Part shown: positions 37,829-47,325 of the stretch, in pieces
Layout of the letters: each line of letters begins with the position of its first letter
Position numbering within the stretch: position 1 is the stretch's first letter
From: Flavobacteriaceae bacterium
GTDB lineage: Bacteria > Bacteroidota > Bacteroidia > Flavobacteriales > Flavobacteriaceae
Assembly (NCBI GenBank): GCA_035312485.1
Contig: DATGBV010000107.1
Span: 1 to 55,729, forward strand
Reading direction: 5' to 3'
Length of the DNA: 55,729 nucleotides
Program-made: the position numbers and the translations under genes
Notes under the pieces: generated by a model
Databases searched by the model: none
The model's input: the letters and a program-made list of their open reading frames with translations, nothing else
What the model was told of the DNA's origin: nothing

Positions 37829-38602
37829 ATGAAAACAACACAAAGAAGTGCATCCTATCCGTCTTATACTATAAGATATAGTTTAGATATTTGTACTGCA
37901 ATTTACAAAAATTACGGCACTAATTACAGAGCATCCAGAGAGGAATTATCTGAAATACTTGGTATTTCGGTCGGAAATCTTACTCAAAAAGTAAGTGCTG
38001 CTGTCCAGTATGGGTTACTGGATTTAAAATCAAAAGAAGGATATAAGGTTTCGGATCTATTTGTTAAATGGTTTAGGCCTATAAATGATAACCAAATGGA
38101 AGAAGCATTAATAGAGGCTTTTAAATCTCCAACCTTATATGGTAATTTAATAGAGGTTTATGAGAATCATATTGTGCCTCCATTAAAACCATTATCTAAT
38201 ATATTACTACAAAGACATAGTATTTCTGAAAGTGCTTGTGAGAAAGCATCAGGTATTTTTTTAGAAAATGCTCAAGAACTAGAACTTTTAGACAATGAAA
38301 ACAGGTTGGTTTTTGGTAAATCACTAGACGTGGACTATGAAGAACCAGATGAAGAAGATAATTTTAATGGTATTCCTAAAAAAGAAAGTACTGATAAAGT
38401 TGTATTTCCACAAATTATTAAAAAAAATAATTCAAATGAGGGAGATAATTATAGTGGTAACTCTGTTCAAGACGGCGTTATAATAAATGTGCTTTTGAAT
38501 AATAGAAGAACAGCACAAGTAATATTACCAAAAGATGTTACTCCAAAAGATTGTGATACAATTAAAGACTGGATTGATATGATTAGAAAATCTTTTAACT
38601 AA
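37829..38602 (+). CDS. Uncharacterised cargo protein, tandem winged-helix-like N-terminal region, acidic linker, small C-terminal domain
   Basis: YPSY...REELSEILG...KVSAAVQYGLL...YKVS; start taken at ATG 37829. Confidence 0.65.
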   Translation: MKTTQRSASYPSYTIRYSLDICTAIYKNYGTNYRASREELSEILGISVGNLTQKVSAAVQYGLLDLKSKEGYKVSDLFVKWFRPINDNQMEEALIEAFKSPTLYGNLIEVYENHIVPPLKPLSNILLQRHSISESACEKASGIFLENAQELELLDNENRLVFGKSLDVDYEEPDEEDNFNGIPKKESTDKVVFPQIIKKNNSNEGDNYSGNSVQDGVIINVLLNNRRTAQVILPKDVTPKDCDTIKDWIDMIRKSFN

Positions 38603-38640
38603 AACAAAGAACCGCACTTATTTGTGCGGTTCTATATTTT
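38603..38640. terminator. Bidirectional terminator
   Basis: agaaccgcac-ttattt-gtgcggttct, T-rich on both strands. Confidence 0.85.
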
Positions 38641-38680
38641 TGCGAATAAAATTTTACAATCGGAGTGCGATTGAAAAGTG
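38603..38680 (-). ncRNA. Candidate ~75-nt RNA convergent on the winged-helix gene (RNA-M)
   Basis: TACATTTG on the minus strand at 38684-38691, hairpin caatcg-N5-cgattg, shared terminator, no ORF. Confidence 0.45.
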
Positions 38681-38849
38681 ATACAAATGTATAGAATAGA
38701 AAGCAACAAACCTAAGAAAATGGAAGATTTATTTAAAAAAAATGCGAAATTGTTGTGAGTTGGTGTTATATATAAAAATAAGAAAACAAACTAAAAATAC
38801 AATAGATTATTTTTTAAAAGATGTTTGTAAGTTTACAAAGAAATAAAAT

Positions 38850-39042
38850 AGAAAAGCACCCTAAAAAGGATGCTTAAAATATAAGGTTGTAATCGAAAGA
38901 CCTGCCAACATATACAGGTTGCAAGTTAAGTTAGACTTCCTCTCATAAAGGAATGAACTAAACACTCCAAAGATTACTTCTGAAATCCTGCTCTAACAGG
39001 TTGAAAAAGGTCGGTAGATACGTTTCTATCGGCTTTTTGCAT
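38850..39042 (-). ncRNA. Candidate ~190-nt multi-hairpin RNA (RNA-R)
   Basis: TACCTTTG on the minus strand at 39046-39053; terminator aagcatcct-tttt-agggtgctt at 38854-38875; two CAACCTGT...GCAGG hairpins. Confidence 0.55.
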
Positions 39043-39080
39043 TTACAAAGGTAACAAATTTGTTGTACAAAATTAAAAAA

Positions 39081-39099
39081 TTGTAACCGTTTGTAAACG
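39081..39099 (+). promoter_or_regulatory. Element-borne copy of the host GTTTGTA-repeat motif
   Basis: ttgtaaccgtttgtaaacg versus host ttgtagtcgtttgtaaacg (34819-34837), 17/19 identical. Confidence 0.65.
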
Positions 39100-39174
39100 G
39101 ATAATTTTACTTAACTTTATTTCGTTAATTAATTATAAATATTAGTCTCTTGTCCCATAATGTAAATAGACGCC

Positions 39175-39182
39175 TATTGCAC
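39175..39182. repeat. Right target-site duplication TATTGCAC
   Basis: Identical to 34849-34856. Confidence 0.93.
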
Positions 39183-39185
39183 TCC

Positions 39186-39530
39186 ATGCAAAAACAATGT
39201 TTGGAATGTGGTGATAAAATAGTGGGCAGAATTGATAAAAAATTCTGTAGTGATGGCTGTAGAAATGCATATAACAATAGAATAAATAAAGATTCTAAGA
39301 ACCTGATCAGAAACGTAAATAATAGGTTACGTAAAAATTATCGTATTCTTGAAGAATTGAATCCTGAACAAAAAACAAAAACCACGAGGTCTAAACTTAT
39401 AGAAAAAGGCTTTGATTTTAATTATATAACCACAGTTTATACCACCAAATCCGGCAACGTATATTATTTTGTATATGATCAAGGCTATTTGCCTTTAGAA
39501 GATGATTACTATGCTTTAGTGAAAAGGTAA
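39186..39530 (+). CDS. Conserved-looking C4 zinc-finger protein
   Basis: CLECG...GRIDKKFCSDGCRNAYNN; true start ATG 39186 (the ORF-track extension lies inside the IR). Confidence 0.8.
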   Translation: MQKQCLECGDKIVGRIDKKFCSDGCRNAYNNRINKDSKNLIRNVNNRLRKNYRILEELNPEQKTKTTRSKLIEKGFDFNYITTVYTTKSGNVYYFVYDQGYLPLEDDYYALVKR

Positions 39531-39535
39531 ATTAA

Positions 39536-40003
39536 TTATTTCCAGGTTTGTCCTTTCATTTTCAATGCCGCTTTTAAGATGTCTTTCTGGCTTATTTGTC
39601 CTACCAGTTTTCCATTCTCTACTATTGGGAAACGCCTGTGTTTTGATTCTAAAAATTTATTGGCAGCATCAAAAATGTTCATATTACCATCTATAGTATC
39701 CACATTTTTAATCATATGACTTTCAACCGTTTTGTTATCTACAGGCATATTATAATAGCGACTTTCACTTATATGTTTAATACAATCGCCCTCTGAAATA
39801 ATTCCGATAAGTTCATTTTTATCGTTTACAACAGGTCCTCCAGATATTCGATGCTTTATTAATGCATCTATGACCTTTTCAATTTTTTCGTCAGATCTAA
39901 AGGTTATTAGTTTTCTGGTCATATAGTCACTTACCTTAACTGGAATTTCTTCAGAACTTTTCTTTTGCTTTCGTCTTGAGGCTAGAAAACTTTTTATTCC
40001 CAT
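39536..40003 (-). CDS. CBS domain protein
   Basis: Two CBS repeats: VSDYMT...GGPVV...GIISEGD; RFPIV...VGQIS. Confidence 0.9.
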   Translation of the reverse strand: MGIKSFLASRRKQKKSSEEIPVKVSDYMTRKLITFRSDEKIEKVIDALIKHRISGGPVVNDKNELIGIISEGDCIKHISESRYYNMPVDNKTVESHMIKNVDTIDGNMNIFDAANKFLESKHRRFPIVENGKLVGQISQKDILKAALKMKGQTWK

Positions 40004-40206
40004 GGTTCCTGATTTTTTGAATTTTAAATATACTTATTTTTGTTAAGTTTTCCTATTTGAAATTTTAAGACTCTAAAATTGTTTTAAATAATAATCTGTA
40101 TATGGTTGAAAGCTTGTTGTTTTCTAATAAAAATAATTAGCATTATTTTAAGGGTTTAAGTGCTAATTTTTTATAGTTTTGGCGCAATTAAAAAAATTAA
40201 GGCAAG

Positions 40207-40920
40207 ATGAAACGATTAATAATTTTGGTTTTGGCAATGAGTTTCCTGCAAATTAATGCACAGGACTCTTCAGAATTAGTTAAACACTATGAGGCTTATT
40301 ATAAGCAAATGAGAGATCAAGGAGACATTCAAGGTATTATTAATGGGCTTACCCATTTAAACATTTTGAAGCCTTCTGAAGCAAGAAAAGATACTTTGGC
40401 CTATATCTATATGAGCGAAGGCAAGGAAGTTCAGGCATTAAATACAATTGGAATTGATAAAAAGATTGACGATTCTGATATAGCAGTGCAGGTTAAGGCA
40501 GTTTGTTTAAAAGCTGTAGGCCAACCAGAAAAAGCATTAATACATTTTGAAGAAATGTTTAAGAGAAATCCTAATGCAATGATTGCTTATGAATTGGCTG
40601 AACTGAATATGCAAATTCAAAAATTTACTGAAGCAGAAAAGCATGTTACCTATGGGCTCGCAAACGCTAAAGATGATATGACTAAAGCGTACTACGAAAC
40701 TCAAAACCCTTACCAAGTGCCATTAAAAGCTGCTTTTTTGTATCTGGATGGTTTAATCACCTTCAATAAAAATAAAACAGCAAATGTAGATGCAGCAGTT
40801 GATATTTTGGATGAAGCTTTAAAAATAGCACCTAATTTCAACATGGCTCAAGTTGGTAAAAATGCTTTGTTACAGCAAAAACAACAAGCTGCGAAACAAG
40901 CACAACAACCTAAAGATTAA
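40207..40920 (+). CDS. Exported TPR-like protein
   Basis: Signal peptide, helical repeats, ALKIAPNF. Confidence 0.7.
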   Translation: MKRLIILVLAMSFLQINAQDSSELVKHYEAYYKQMRDQGDIQGIINGLTHLNILKPSEARKDTLAYIYMSEGKEVQALNTIGIDKKIDDSDIAVQVKAVCLKAVGQPEKALIHFEEMFKRNPNAMIAYELAELNMQIQKFTEAEKHVTYGLANAKDDMTKAYYETQNPYQVPLKAAFLYLDGLITFNKNKTANVDAAVDILDEALKIAPNFNMAQVGKNALLQQKQQAAKQAQQPKD

Positions 40921-40939
40921 TAAAAAAGTTTACTTAAAT

Positions 40940-40968
40940 AAAAAAAGCAGCTATCAGCTGCTTTTTTT
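40940..40968. terminator. Bidirectional terminator
   Basis: aaaaaaagcagct-atc-agctgcttttttt. Confidence 0.85.
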
Positions 40969-40978
40969 ATTTTCTAAA

Positions 40979-43075
40979 TCACCAGATTTTAACTCTCTTG
41001 TCTGGTTCGAGATATAATTTATCGCTTTCTTGAATATTAAAGGCGTCATAAAAAGCATCTATATTTAGTAAGGGTTGCACTGCTCTGTACATTCCTGGAG
41101 AATGAGGATCTGTTTTTATTTGATTTTTTAGCGCATCATCTCTAATTTTTGTTCTCCAGATGGTTCCCCAAGATATAAAGAAGCGCTGTTCAGGTGTAAA
41201 TCCGTCTATATCTTCTGGTCTTCCAGTTTCTACAAAGTTTAACTGCAGAGCATCATAAGCTGCATTAATACCGCCTAAATCTCCAATGTTTTCACCAAGT
41301 GTAAAAGGACCATTAATAAATACCTCTGGTAAAACTTCTAGTGCACTATATTGATCTGCCAGATCTTTTCCTAAAGCTTCAAATTGTTCTAAATCTTCGT
41401 CTGTCCACCAATTATTTAGATTTCCATCTTTATCATAGCGCGAACCCGAATCGTCAAAAGCATGAGAAATTTCATGACCTATACCTGCTCCTATACCGCC
41501 ATAATTAACGGCATCGTCTGCATTAAAATTAAAAAATGGTGGTTGCAAGATTGCAGCAGGAAAAATTATTTCGTTATAAGGAGGCAAATAACCAGCATTT
41601 ACCGTTTGAGGAGGTATAATCCATTTACTTTTATCAACGGGATTACCTAAATCTTCTAACTCTTTATTATGATTCCAAATATTTGCATTTATCATATTTT
41701 GAATGTAACTGCCACCATTCTCTTTATTATTAATTTCAAGTTTAGAATAATCTTCCCAATTACCAGCATCTGGGTAAGCAATTTTTACGTTAAGAGCCAA
41801 TAGTTTTTCAATAGCTTTTTCTTTTGTTTCGTCAGACATCCAAGAAACATTTGTAATTCTATTATGAAAAGCTTTGATGACATTTTGAATCATTTTATCA
41901 GCTTTTTCCTTTGCTTCAGGTGGAAATTTTTGGTCTACATACAATTTGCCAAGGGCTTCACCAACGACATTATTAAGAGTTGCAACAGCACGTTCTTCCT
42001 GTGGTCGCTGTGCTTTACTGCCTTGTAAGGTTTTACCATAAAAATCCCAGTTAGTTTTTTCTATTTCTGGACTTAAATAACTTGCAGCCCAATTAAAGGT
42101 TGACCATCGTAGATATGCTTTCCAATCAGAAACTTTGTTATCAGCTAAAATATTTTGCAAAGCATCCATGTATTTTACTTCGCTTACGATTATGGTGTCG
42201 AGTTCTTTAACACCAATACCTTCAAGATAATGCTTCCAATCTATAATTGGAACCATATTTTGAAGGTCATCAATAGACCTTGGGTTATATCTCTTACGAG
42301 CATCACGTCTATCTACTTTATCCATTCTAGGATCTGCCAATTGGGTTTCAAAAGCCAATATCTGTTCTGCTTGAGCCTTTGCTTCATCTTCAGTATCACC
42401 CAAATATTGCAACATTCGGCTTACATGAGAAACATATTTTTCTCTTTTCTCTTTTGAGTCTTCGTCATCTTTAACATAGTAGTCTCTATCTGGTAATCCT
42501 AAACCAGAAGTCCCTAGAAAGGCTGAATTGATGTCACTGTTTTTTGTGTCTGGACCAACGCTAAAGCCAAAGAATCCAGCAAGACCTTCGGGCTCCGTTT
42601 CAATTAAAAACTCTTGAAGATCATTGATGTTTTGAATAGCATCAATTTTTGCTAAATATGGTTTAATAGGTTCTATACCTTGTTGTTCTCTACCTACTGT
42701 ATCCATAATGGTTTCAAAGAGATCTATAGCTTTTTGTTGATCTGAATCTGGTAATACATTAATTGTGTTTAACTCTTTGTCATCATTCATTGCAGACTTT
42801 AAGATTGCTAAAACATCTTCATCTCTTTTTTGACGCAGGTCATCAAAACTTCCCCATCTTGGTCTGTCTTCAGGAATTTTTGTACTGTCTAGCCATTTTC
42901 CGTTAACATATTTATAAAAGTCTTCTTTAGGACTTATATTTTGGTTCATTAAATCAAGATTAATTCCAGGAACTTTTTCAATCTTGGCGACTTCTTCTTT
43001 AGTATCATTTTTACAAGCCGTGAAGCTTATAGCAAATGCAAAGCTCACTACTATTAACTTTAGTTTTATTTTCAT
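40979..43075 (-). CDS. M13 family (PepO/neprilysin-like) metallopeptidase lipoprotein
   Basis: Lipobox FTAC, HEISH, GENIGD, DPHSP. Confidence 0.95.
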   Translation of the reverse strand: MKIKLKLIVVSFAFAISFTACKNDTKEEVAKIEKVPGINLDLMNQNISPKEDFYKYVNGKWLDSTKIPEDRPRWGSFDDLRQKRDEDVLAILKSAMNDDKELNTINVLPDSDQQKAIDLFETIMDTVGREQQGIEPIKPYLAKIDAIQNINDLQEFLIETEPEGLAGFFGFSVGPDTKNSDINSAFLGTSGLGLPDRDYYVKDDEDSKEKREKYVSHVSRMLQYLGDTEDEAKAQAEQILAFETQLADPRMDKVDRRDARKRYNPRSIDDLQNMVPIIDWKHYLEGIGVKELDTIIVSEVKYMDALQNILADNKVSDWKAYLRWSTFNWAASYLSPEIEKTNWDFYGKTLQGSKAQRPQEERAVATLNNVVGEALGKLYVDQKFPPEAKEKADKMIQNVIKAFHNRITNVSWMSDETKEKAIEKLLALNVKIAYPDAGNWEDYSKLEINNKENGGSYIQNMINANIWNHNKELEDLGNPVDKSKWIIPPQTVNAGYLPPYNEIIFPAAILQPPFFNFNADDAVNYGGIGAGIGHEISHAFDDSGSRYDKDGNLNNWWTDEDLEQFEALGKDLADQYSALEVLPEVFINGPFTLGENIGDLGGINAAYDALQLNFVETGRPEDIDGFTPEQRFFISWGTIWRTKIRDDALKNQIKTDPHSPGMYRAVQPLLNIDAFYDAFNIQESDKLYLEPDKRVKIW

Positions 43076-43169
43076 AGATGCATAAATTTAGTTGCCTAAT
43101 TTACCAATATTAAGAAGTAAATAACACAATTTTAGATTTATCTTAACAGTTTACTCGCTTTAAAAGATT

Positions 43170-46100
43170 TTACTTTAAGATTAATTTTTTAGTAATCTCA
43201 TATTCATTTGACTTGATTTTCAACAAATATATTCCTGAAGAAAACTGACTCAAATCCAATGTATATTCTCTATTGCTCGGAATAACTTTTTGCTTTTGCG
43301 AAATTAGTTTCCCTGTAATGTCATAGATAGCGTAGTCAAACTCATTGATGGCTGCCATTCTGATATTGAAAATATCTTTTGAAGGATTAGGATAGATTGA
43401 AAAATAATCAGCATCAAAAGGTTCTGCGCTTAATGTTCCTTCTATAACAAAATCATCTACTACTACACCTTCTTGATTCACAGCTGGATCTGAATGGAAT
43501 ACAATTCTAAAAATAATATTGGTTTCAGCACTCAAAACGGTTAAATCATAACTATACTCTTTCATGGTTGCATCAGTTCCTGTCCACTGTCCTCCAGGAC
43601 AATTTTGACAGTCTGTTCCACCAGAACTTCCATAAGTTCTATCGCTATTATACCAATTAGGACCCATTTCGCCTAAAACATTCCAGTTGGCACCAGAATT
43701 TGTAGAATATTCAACATAAACAATATCAAAATTTAACTCAAGGTCAAAAGCCATGTTAAACTTAATTACTGGATTTGTTAAAATGGAAAGATCGTAGCAT
43801 TTACTGACCAAATAAGTTTTAATTAAGTCAGCATGATTACCACTTAAATTTGTGCCATATACATTATCTTCGGAAGCAGCAGTATCCAACAAAGTTCCAC
43901 TAGGCATGCCTCGTTCCCAATAGCCACAAATACCTCCATCGGAAACAATTAACTCGTCATTTACTGTTTCAAAATCATTAGGTGTGTTAACAAGGCCGAG
44001 ATTATTGGAATAAAATTTCTTCATTAATTCATTATTGCTAGAATAAGTGTCTCCTGAAATTGTAGTTATAATTTTTAATTCATGAATATTGGAGCCTGAA
44101 GGGCTTAACGTTGGAATATCTATTAAAATAGACTCATTGGTTGCCAAAGAACTTTCTGACCAAGTAAAAACGCTAGAAACGCCATCCAGTATATATTCTA
44201 CATCAATTGAATTAACGGTATTGGTTCCAAGGTTTTTAACTTGAGCCTGAATTCCTGAAATATCTCCACACCCTAAAGAATAGTTTAAATTTTCAATGTT
44301 CTCTAAACTCAATTCATTTGTTAGGGTTTCTACAGGAATTGACGATTGCCAAATGCCTCTTCCATAAGTTGCAGCAGTAATATTGTTGTCATTCAAGTTT
44401 ATTTCTAAATCCCTTACAGCAACCGTAGGCAAATTGTTTTCAAATAATTCCCAATCACTTAAAGTATCATCATAGCGATATACACCTAAACTGGTACCTA
44501 AAAATAACGGATTATCTGAATGAAGATTTTGATGTTTAACAACATTTTTTGTTATGTTTGGGAGACTTCCTGTAATATCTGTTGATTTTGCAGCGCCAGT
44601 TTTCCTAAATACTTTACCTCCAGAACCGGAAGTTGTAATATAAACAATATTGCTATCATTATTATTGACTTCAATAGAGGTTATGTTTGTACCAAAAGTT
44701 TCAAGACTTGAAAAGTTATAACCTCCATTAGTACTTTTCCATAATTCATTATCTAAACCAACATAAATGTTGTCGGTATTTAAATCGTCTATTTCAAGAA
44801 CATCAATATCAGATCCAAAATTTGATGAAAGAGCTTGCCAACTTCCACCACAAAATTTATAGAGTTTTGAATATCCAGCATACATTTCGCCTGTTCTGCT
44901 CATTACCAAAGGTGTAATCCAATTTCCTCCAGAATCATTGGATCCAGTTTCATCTGATGGAGCTCCAACCTGATTGTTTAAACTACCTCCTGAACTTGTA
45001 GATATATTTAAAGTACCACCATATTGCGTAAAACCGTAGAATAAATCTGAATTAAAACGATCTATTGCTGTATCCATACCATCTGCACCATAATAGACTT
45101 GCCATTGCCCTGCATTTAAAGCAAAACCACCATTATCTTGTAAGCCACCAACCATTTTTTGAGAAGACTCATTAGATACAGATATTCTGTAAAATTGACC
45201 AATTTGCATGCCTTCGGTAAGATCGGTAAAATTACTGCCTCCATTGGAAGATTTATAAAATCCACCATCGGTTCCAGCAAATAACTCACCGTTATAAAAA
45301 CGTAATAAATGAATATCTGCATGGGTATAAGAAGGGCTACTAGGCGCACTCCAACTATTCAATTTAGTAAAACTATCTCCTCCATCAGAAGATTTCCAGA
45401 TGTTTAGAACACCTGTATATATTTCATTTTCATCAGTATCTGAAACGGCTAATGCCATGTCATAGTAAGCTTGTGAACTACCATCAAAAAGATCATCCGA
45501 CGCATTTGGAAGGGTAGCATCTTGTTCAGTAAAAGTTAAACCAGAATTTGATGACTTATAAACACCCTGAAAATTGTTACTCAAGGAGCTCAACACATAA
45601 ACCACATTTGCGTTGGCTGGAGTAACATCTATCACCAAACGATTGGAGGTAGTTGGAAGACCAGAAGAAATATCAGAAAATGTTTCACCAAAATCTGTTG
45701 ATATATAGAATGTACTAGTTGTAACGGCATAGATTGTACTTGGGTCGCCTGGTTTTAGTTTAATATCCTTAATATTTCCGTTTAGTTTTTCAACCCAATT
45801 TGCACCACCATCAATAGTTTTATAAACGCCACCATTGGTTGCAACCCATAACATGTTTGAATCGTTGGGATTCATATATATGTCGTTCATACTTGTGGGA
45901 GAGTTTGATGTATCAAGATATGTAGTATTCCATGTAGCACCACCATCAGTGGATTTCATAACACCAACACTGTATGAGTCTCCAGCGTCATCATCTCCAG
46001 TTGCAATGTAAATAATATTAGAATTATTATAATCTATTGCTATTCCAGAAACACCTATTTGGGGTAATTGATCTGACAATGGAGTCCAACTCGCACCAGA

Positions 46101-46589
46101 ATCAGTAGACTTCCAAATACCTCCAGCAGGAGCACCAGAGTAGTATGTAGTGAGAACATTTGGATCTACAATTATTGAATTTACACGTCCCTGACCTGAA
46201 GACCATGAGCCTGTGTTGACATGATTAAAAGGGCCAACGGGTTGCCAGTTACTTAAATCAACAAGAGCAGATTTATTTTGTTCTTGGGTTTTGTAAGCAA
46301 GCCAAGTATTCCATAACTCTTCTTGTGTTGGAAGTGTTCCGTCTTTTTTTACAAAATTCTCCCAAAAGACTTCCCAACGCTTAAACGGTTTATAACCACT
46401 TCCCTTAACATTTGGATCTCTGTTTTCCCAATAAGCATTAAAAGCATCTACAATTTCTTGAAAAGTTACTGGGTTGGATGACCTCCTTTGCTCGGCATTT
46501 AAATTTTGCATCCAGGGAGCATCTTGATTAAATTGTGCTTGAACAAAATAAAAAGAGAGTAAAAAGGAAAATAAGTAGAGTTTTTTCAT
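43170..46589 (-). CDS. T9SS-secreted BNR/VPS10-like beta-propeller protein
   Basis: Repeated S-x-D-G-G-x-x-W Asp boxes; C-terminal IYPNP...GIYLLKI...KKLI type A CTD; start MKKLY at 46589. Confidence 0.88.
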   Translation of the reverse strand: MKKLYLFSFLLSFYFVQAQFNQDAPWMQNLNAEQRRSSNPVTFQEIVDAFNAYWENRDPNVKGSGYKPFKRWEVFWENFVKKDGTLPTQEELWNTWLAYKTQEQNKSALVDLSNWQPVGPFNHVNTGSWSSGQGRVNSIIVDPNVLTTYYSGAPAGGIWKSTDSGASWTPLSDQLPQIGVSGIAIDYNNSNIIYIATGDDDAGDSYSVGVMKSTDGGATWNTTYLDTSNSPTSMNDIYMNPNDSNMLWVATNGGVYKTIDGGANWVEKLNGNIKDIKLKPGDPSTIYAVTTSTFYISTDFGETFSDISSGLPTTSNRLVIDVTPANANVVYVLSSLSNNFQGVYKSSNSGLTFTEQDATLPNASDDLFDGSSQAYYDMALAVSDTDENEIYTGVLNIWKSSDGGDSFTKLNSWSAPSSPSYTHADIHLLRFYNGELFAGTDGGFYKSSNGGSNFTDLTEGMQIGQFYRISVSNESSQKMVGGLQDNGGFALNAGQWQVYYGADGMDTAIDRFNSDLFYGFTQYGGTLNISTSSGGSLNNQVGAPSDETGSNDSGGNWITPLVMSRTGEMYAGYSKLYKFCGGSWQALSSNFGSDIDVLEIDDLNTDNIYVGLDNELWKSTNGGYNFSSLETFGTNITSIEVNNNDSNIVYITTSGSGGKVFRKTGAAKSTDITGSLPNITKNVVKHQNLHSDNPLFLGTSLGVYRYDDTLSDWELFENNLPTVAVRDLEINLNDNNITAATYGRGIWQSSIPVETLTNELSLENIENLNYSLGCGDISGIQAQVKNLGTNTVNSIDVEYILDGVSSVFTWSESSLATNESILIDIPTLSPSGSNIHELKIITTISGDTYSSNNELMKKFYSNNLGLVNTPNDFETVNDELIVSDGGICGYWERGMPSGTLLDTAASEDNVYGTNLSGNHADLIKTYLVSKCYDLSILTNPVIKFNMAFDLELNFDIVYVEYSTNSGANWNVLGEMGPNWYNSDRTYGSSGGTDCQNCPGGQWTGTDATMKEYSYDLTVLSAETNIIFRIVFHSDPAVNQEGVVVDDFVIEGTLSAEPFDADYFSIYPNPSKDIFNIRMAAINEFDYAIYDITGKLISQKQKVIPSNREYTLDLSQFSSGIYLLKIKSNEYEITKKLILK

Positions 46590-46688
46590 AGTAAGGACTT
46601 TTTTCAAAAATAAATAAATTAAGCATTTTTTGTGCAAATAATGAATTCTATTTTCCTTTAAGCTCTATAAAATGTTAAAAAAGGAAGT

Positions 46689-47201
46689 TTATGGCTTTTG
46701 AATATTTTGAGCTTCTTTTTCAAACTTCTTGTTTATCTGGAGATTAAAATTAGAAAATGTAATAAGTAATTCTTTAATTACAGGTAAAACATGATTTTTA
46801 TTACCATTAGACAAATTAGAAATACTTTGTAGTTTATAAATTTTTGTTTCCAATTCTTTAATTCTAGCTAGTATTGCTGGTGTATTGATTTGCTCTGGGA
46901 GCGTTTCTTTAAAGTCTTTAATTAAAGCATCCAGTAATTCAGGATTTTCACTAAAAAAAGCTATGTTTCCTTGTTTTAAATTGTTTATGTGATTGTCTAA
47001 ATCTGTATAACTTGTCCAACCGGTAAATAAGTTTTCTGCTTTTTCGTCAAGAACAAATTCAATATAATCAATTTTAGAAATGTCTTCTTTTGAGATTCTT
47101 AATGTATCGTTTAAGTCTTGAGAGTTGTCTAAACCTTCTTCTTTAGGTTGATTGCAACCAGTGAATAGGAGCAATGAAATAAGCATGTATAAAAACTTCA
47201 T
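46689..47201 (-). CDS. Hypothetical lipoprotein
   Basis: Lipobox LFTGC. Confidence 0.7.
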   Translation of the reverse strand: MKFLYMLISLLLFTGCNQPKEEGLDNSQDLNDTLRISKEDISKIDYIEFVLDEKAENLFTGWTSYTDLDNHINNLKQGNIAFFSENPELLDALIKDFKETLPEQINTPAILARIKELETKIYKLQSISNLSNGNKNHVLPVIKELLITFSNFNLQINKKFEKEAQNIQKP

Positions 47202-47325
47202 TTTATCTAGTTGAATGAATTACAAATATATTGCATTAGTTAGGCATTATAGAACGCTTTTTAAGTTAATTTTTAAACGGCTTCGCTAAAATCTTATTAT
47301 TTTTACCGACTATTAAATTAGTAAT

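Larger units (their letters stand above)
34857..39174 (-). mobile_element. Complete IS1595-family cargo-carrying element (transporter IS), 4318 bp
   Basis: Left IR ggcatctatatacaataagggacaaga (34857-34883); right IR reverse complement ggcgtctatttacattatgggacaaga (39148-39174), 23/27 identical; 8-bp TSD; intact transposase. Confidence 0.93.

Noticed and set aside
38661-38667. RNA-M hairpin contains GCACTCC (minus strand), identical to the target junction at 39179-39185, hinting at RNA-guided targeting
   Set aside because: Only 7 nt, found after the fact, and IS1595 DDE enzymes are not known to be RNA-guided; it would need covariation across sibling elements
34900-39053. Element RNAs as ribozymes, retron msr-msd, CRISPR mini-array or omega RNA
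   Set aside because: No hammerhead CUGAnGA/GAAA core seen, no reverse transcriptase, Cas, TnpB or IscB in the window, and no repeat-spacer periodicity
39150-39185. ORF-track N-terminal extension of the Zn-finger protein
   Set aside because: It runs through the right IR and TSD, so it is an artefact of the insertion; the real start is ATG 39186
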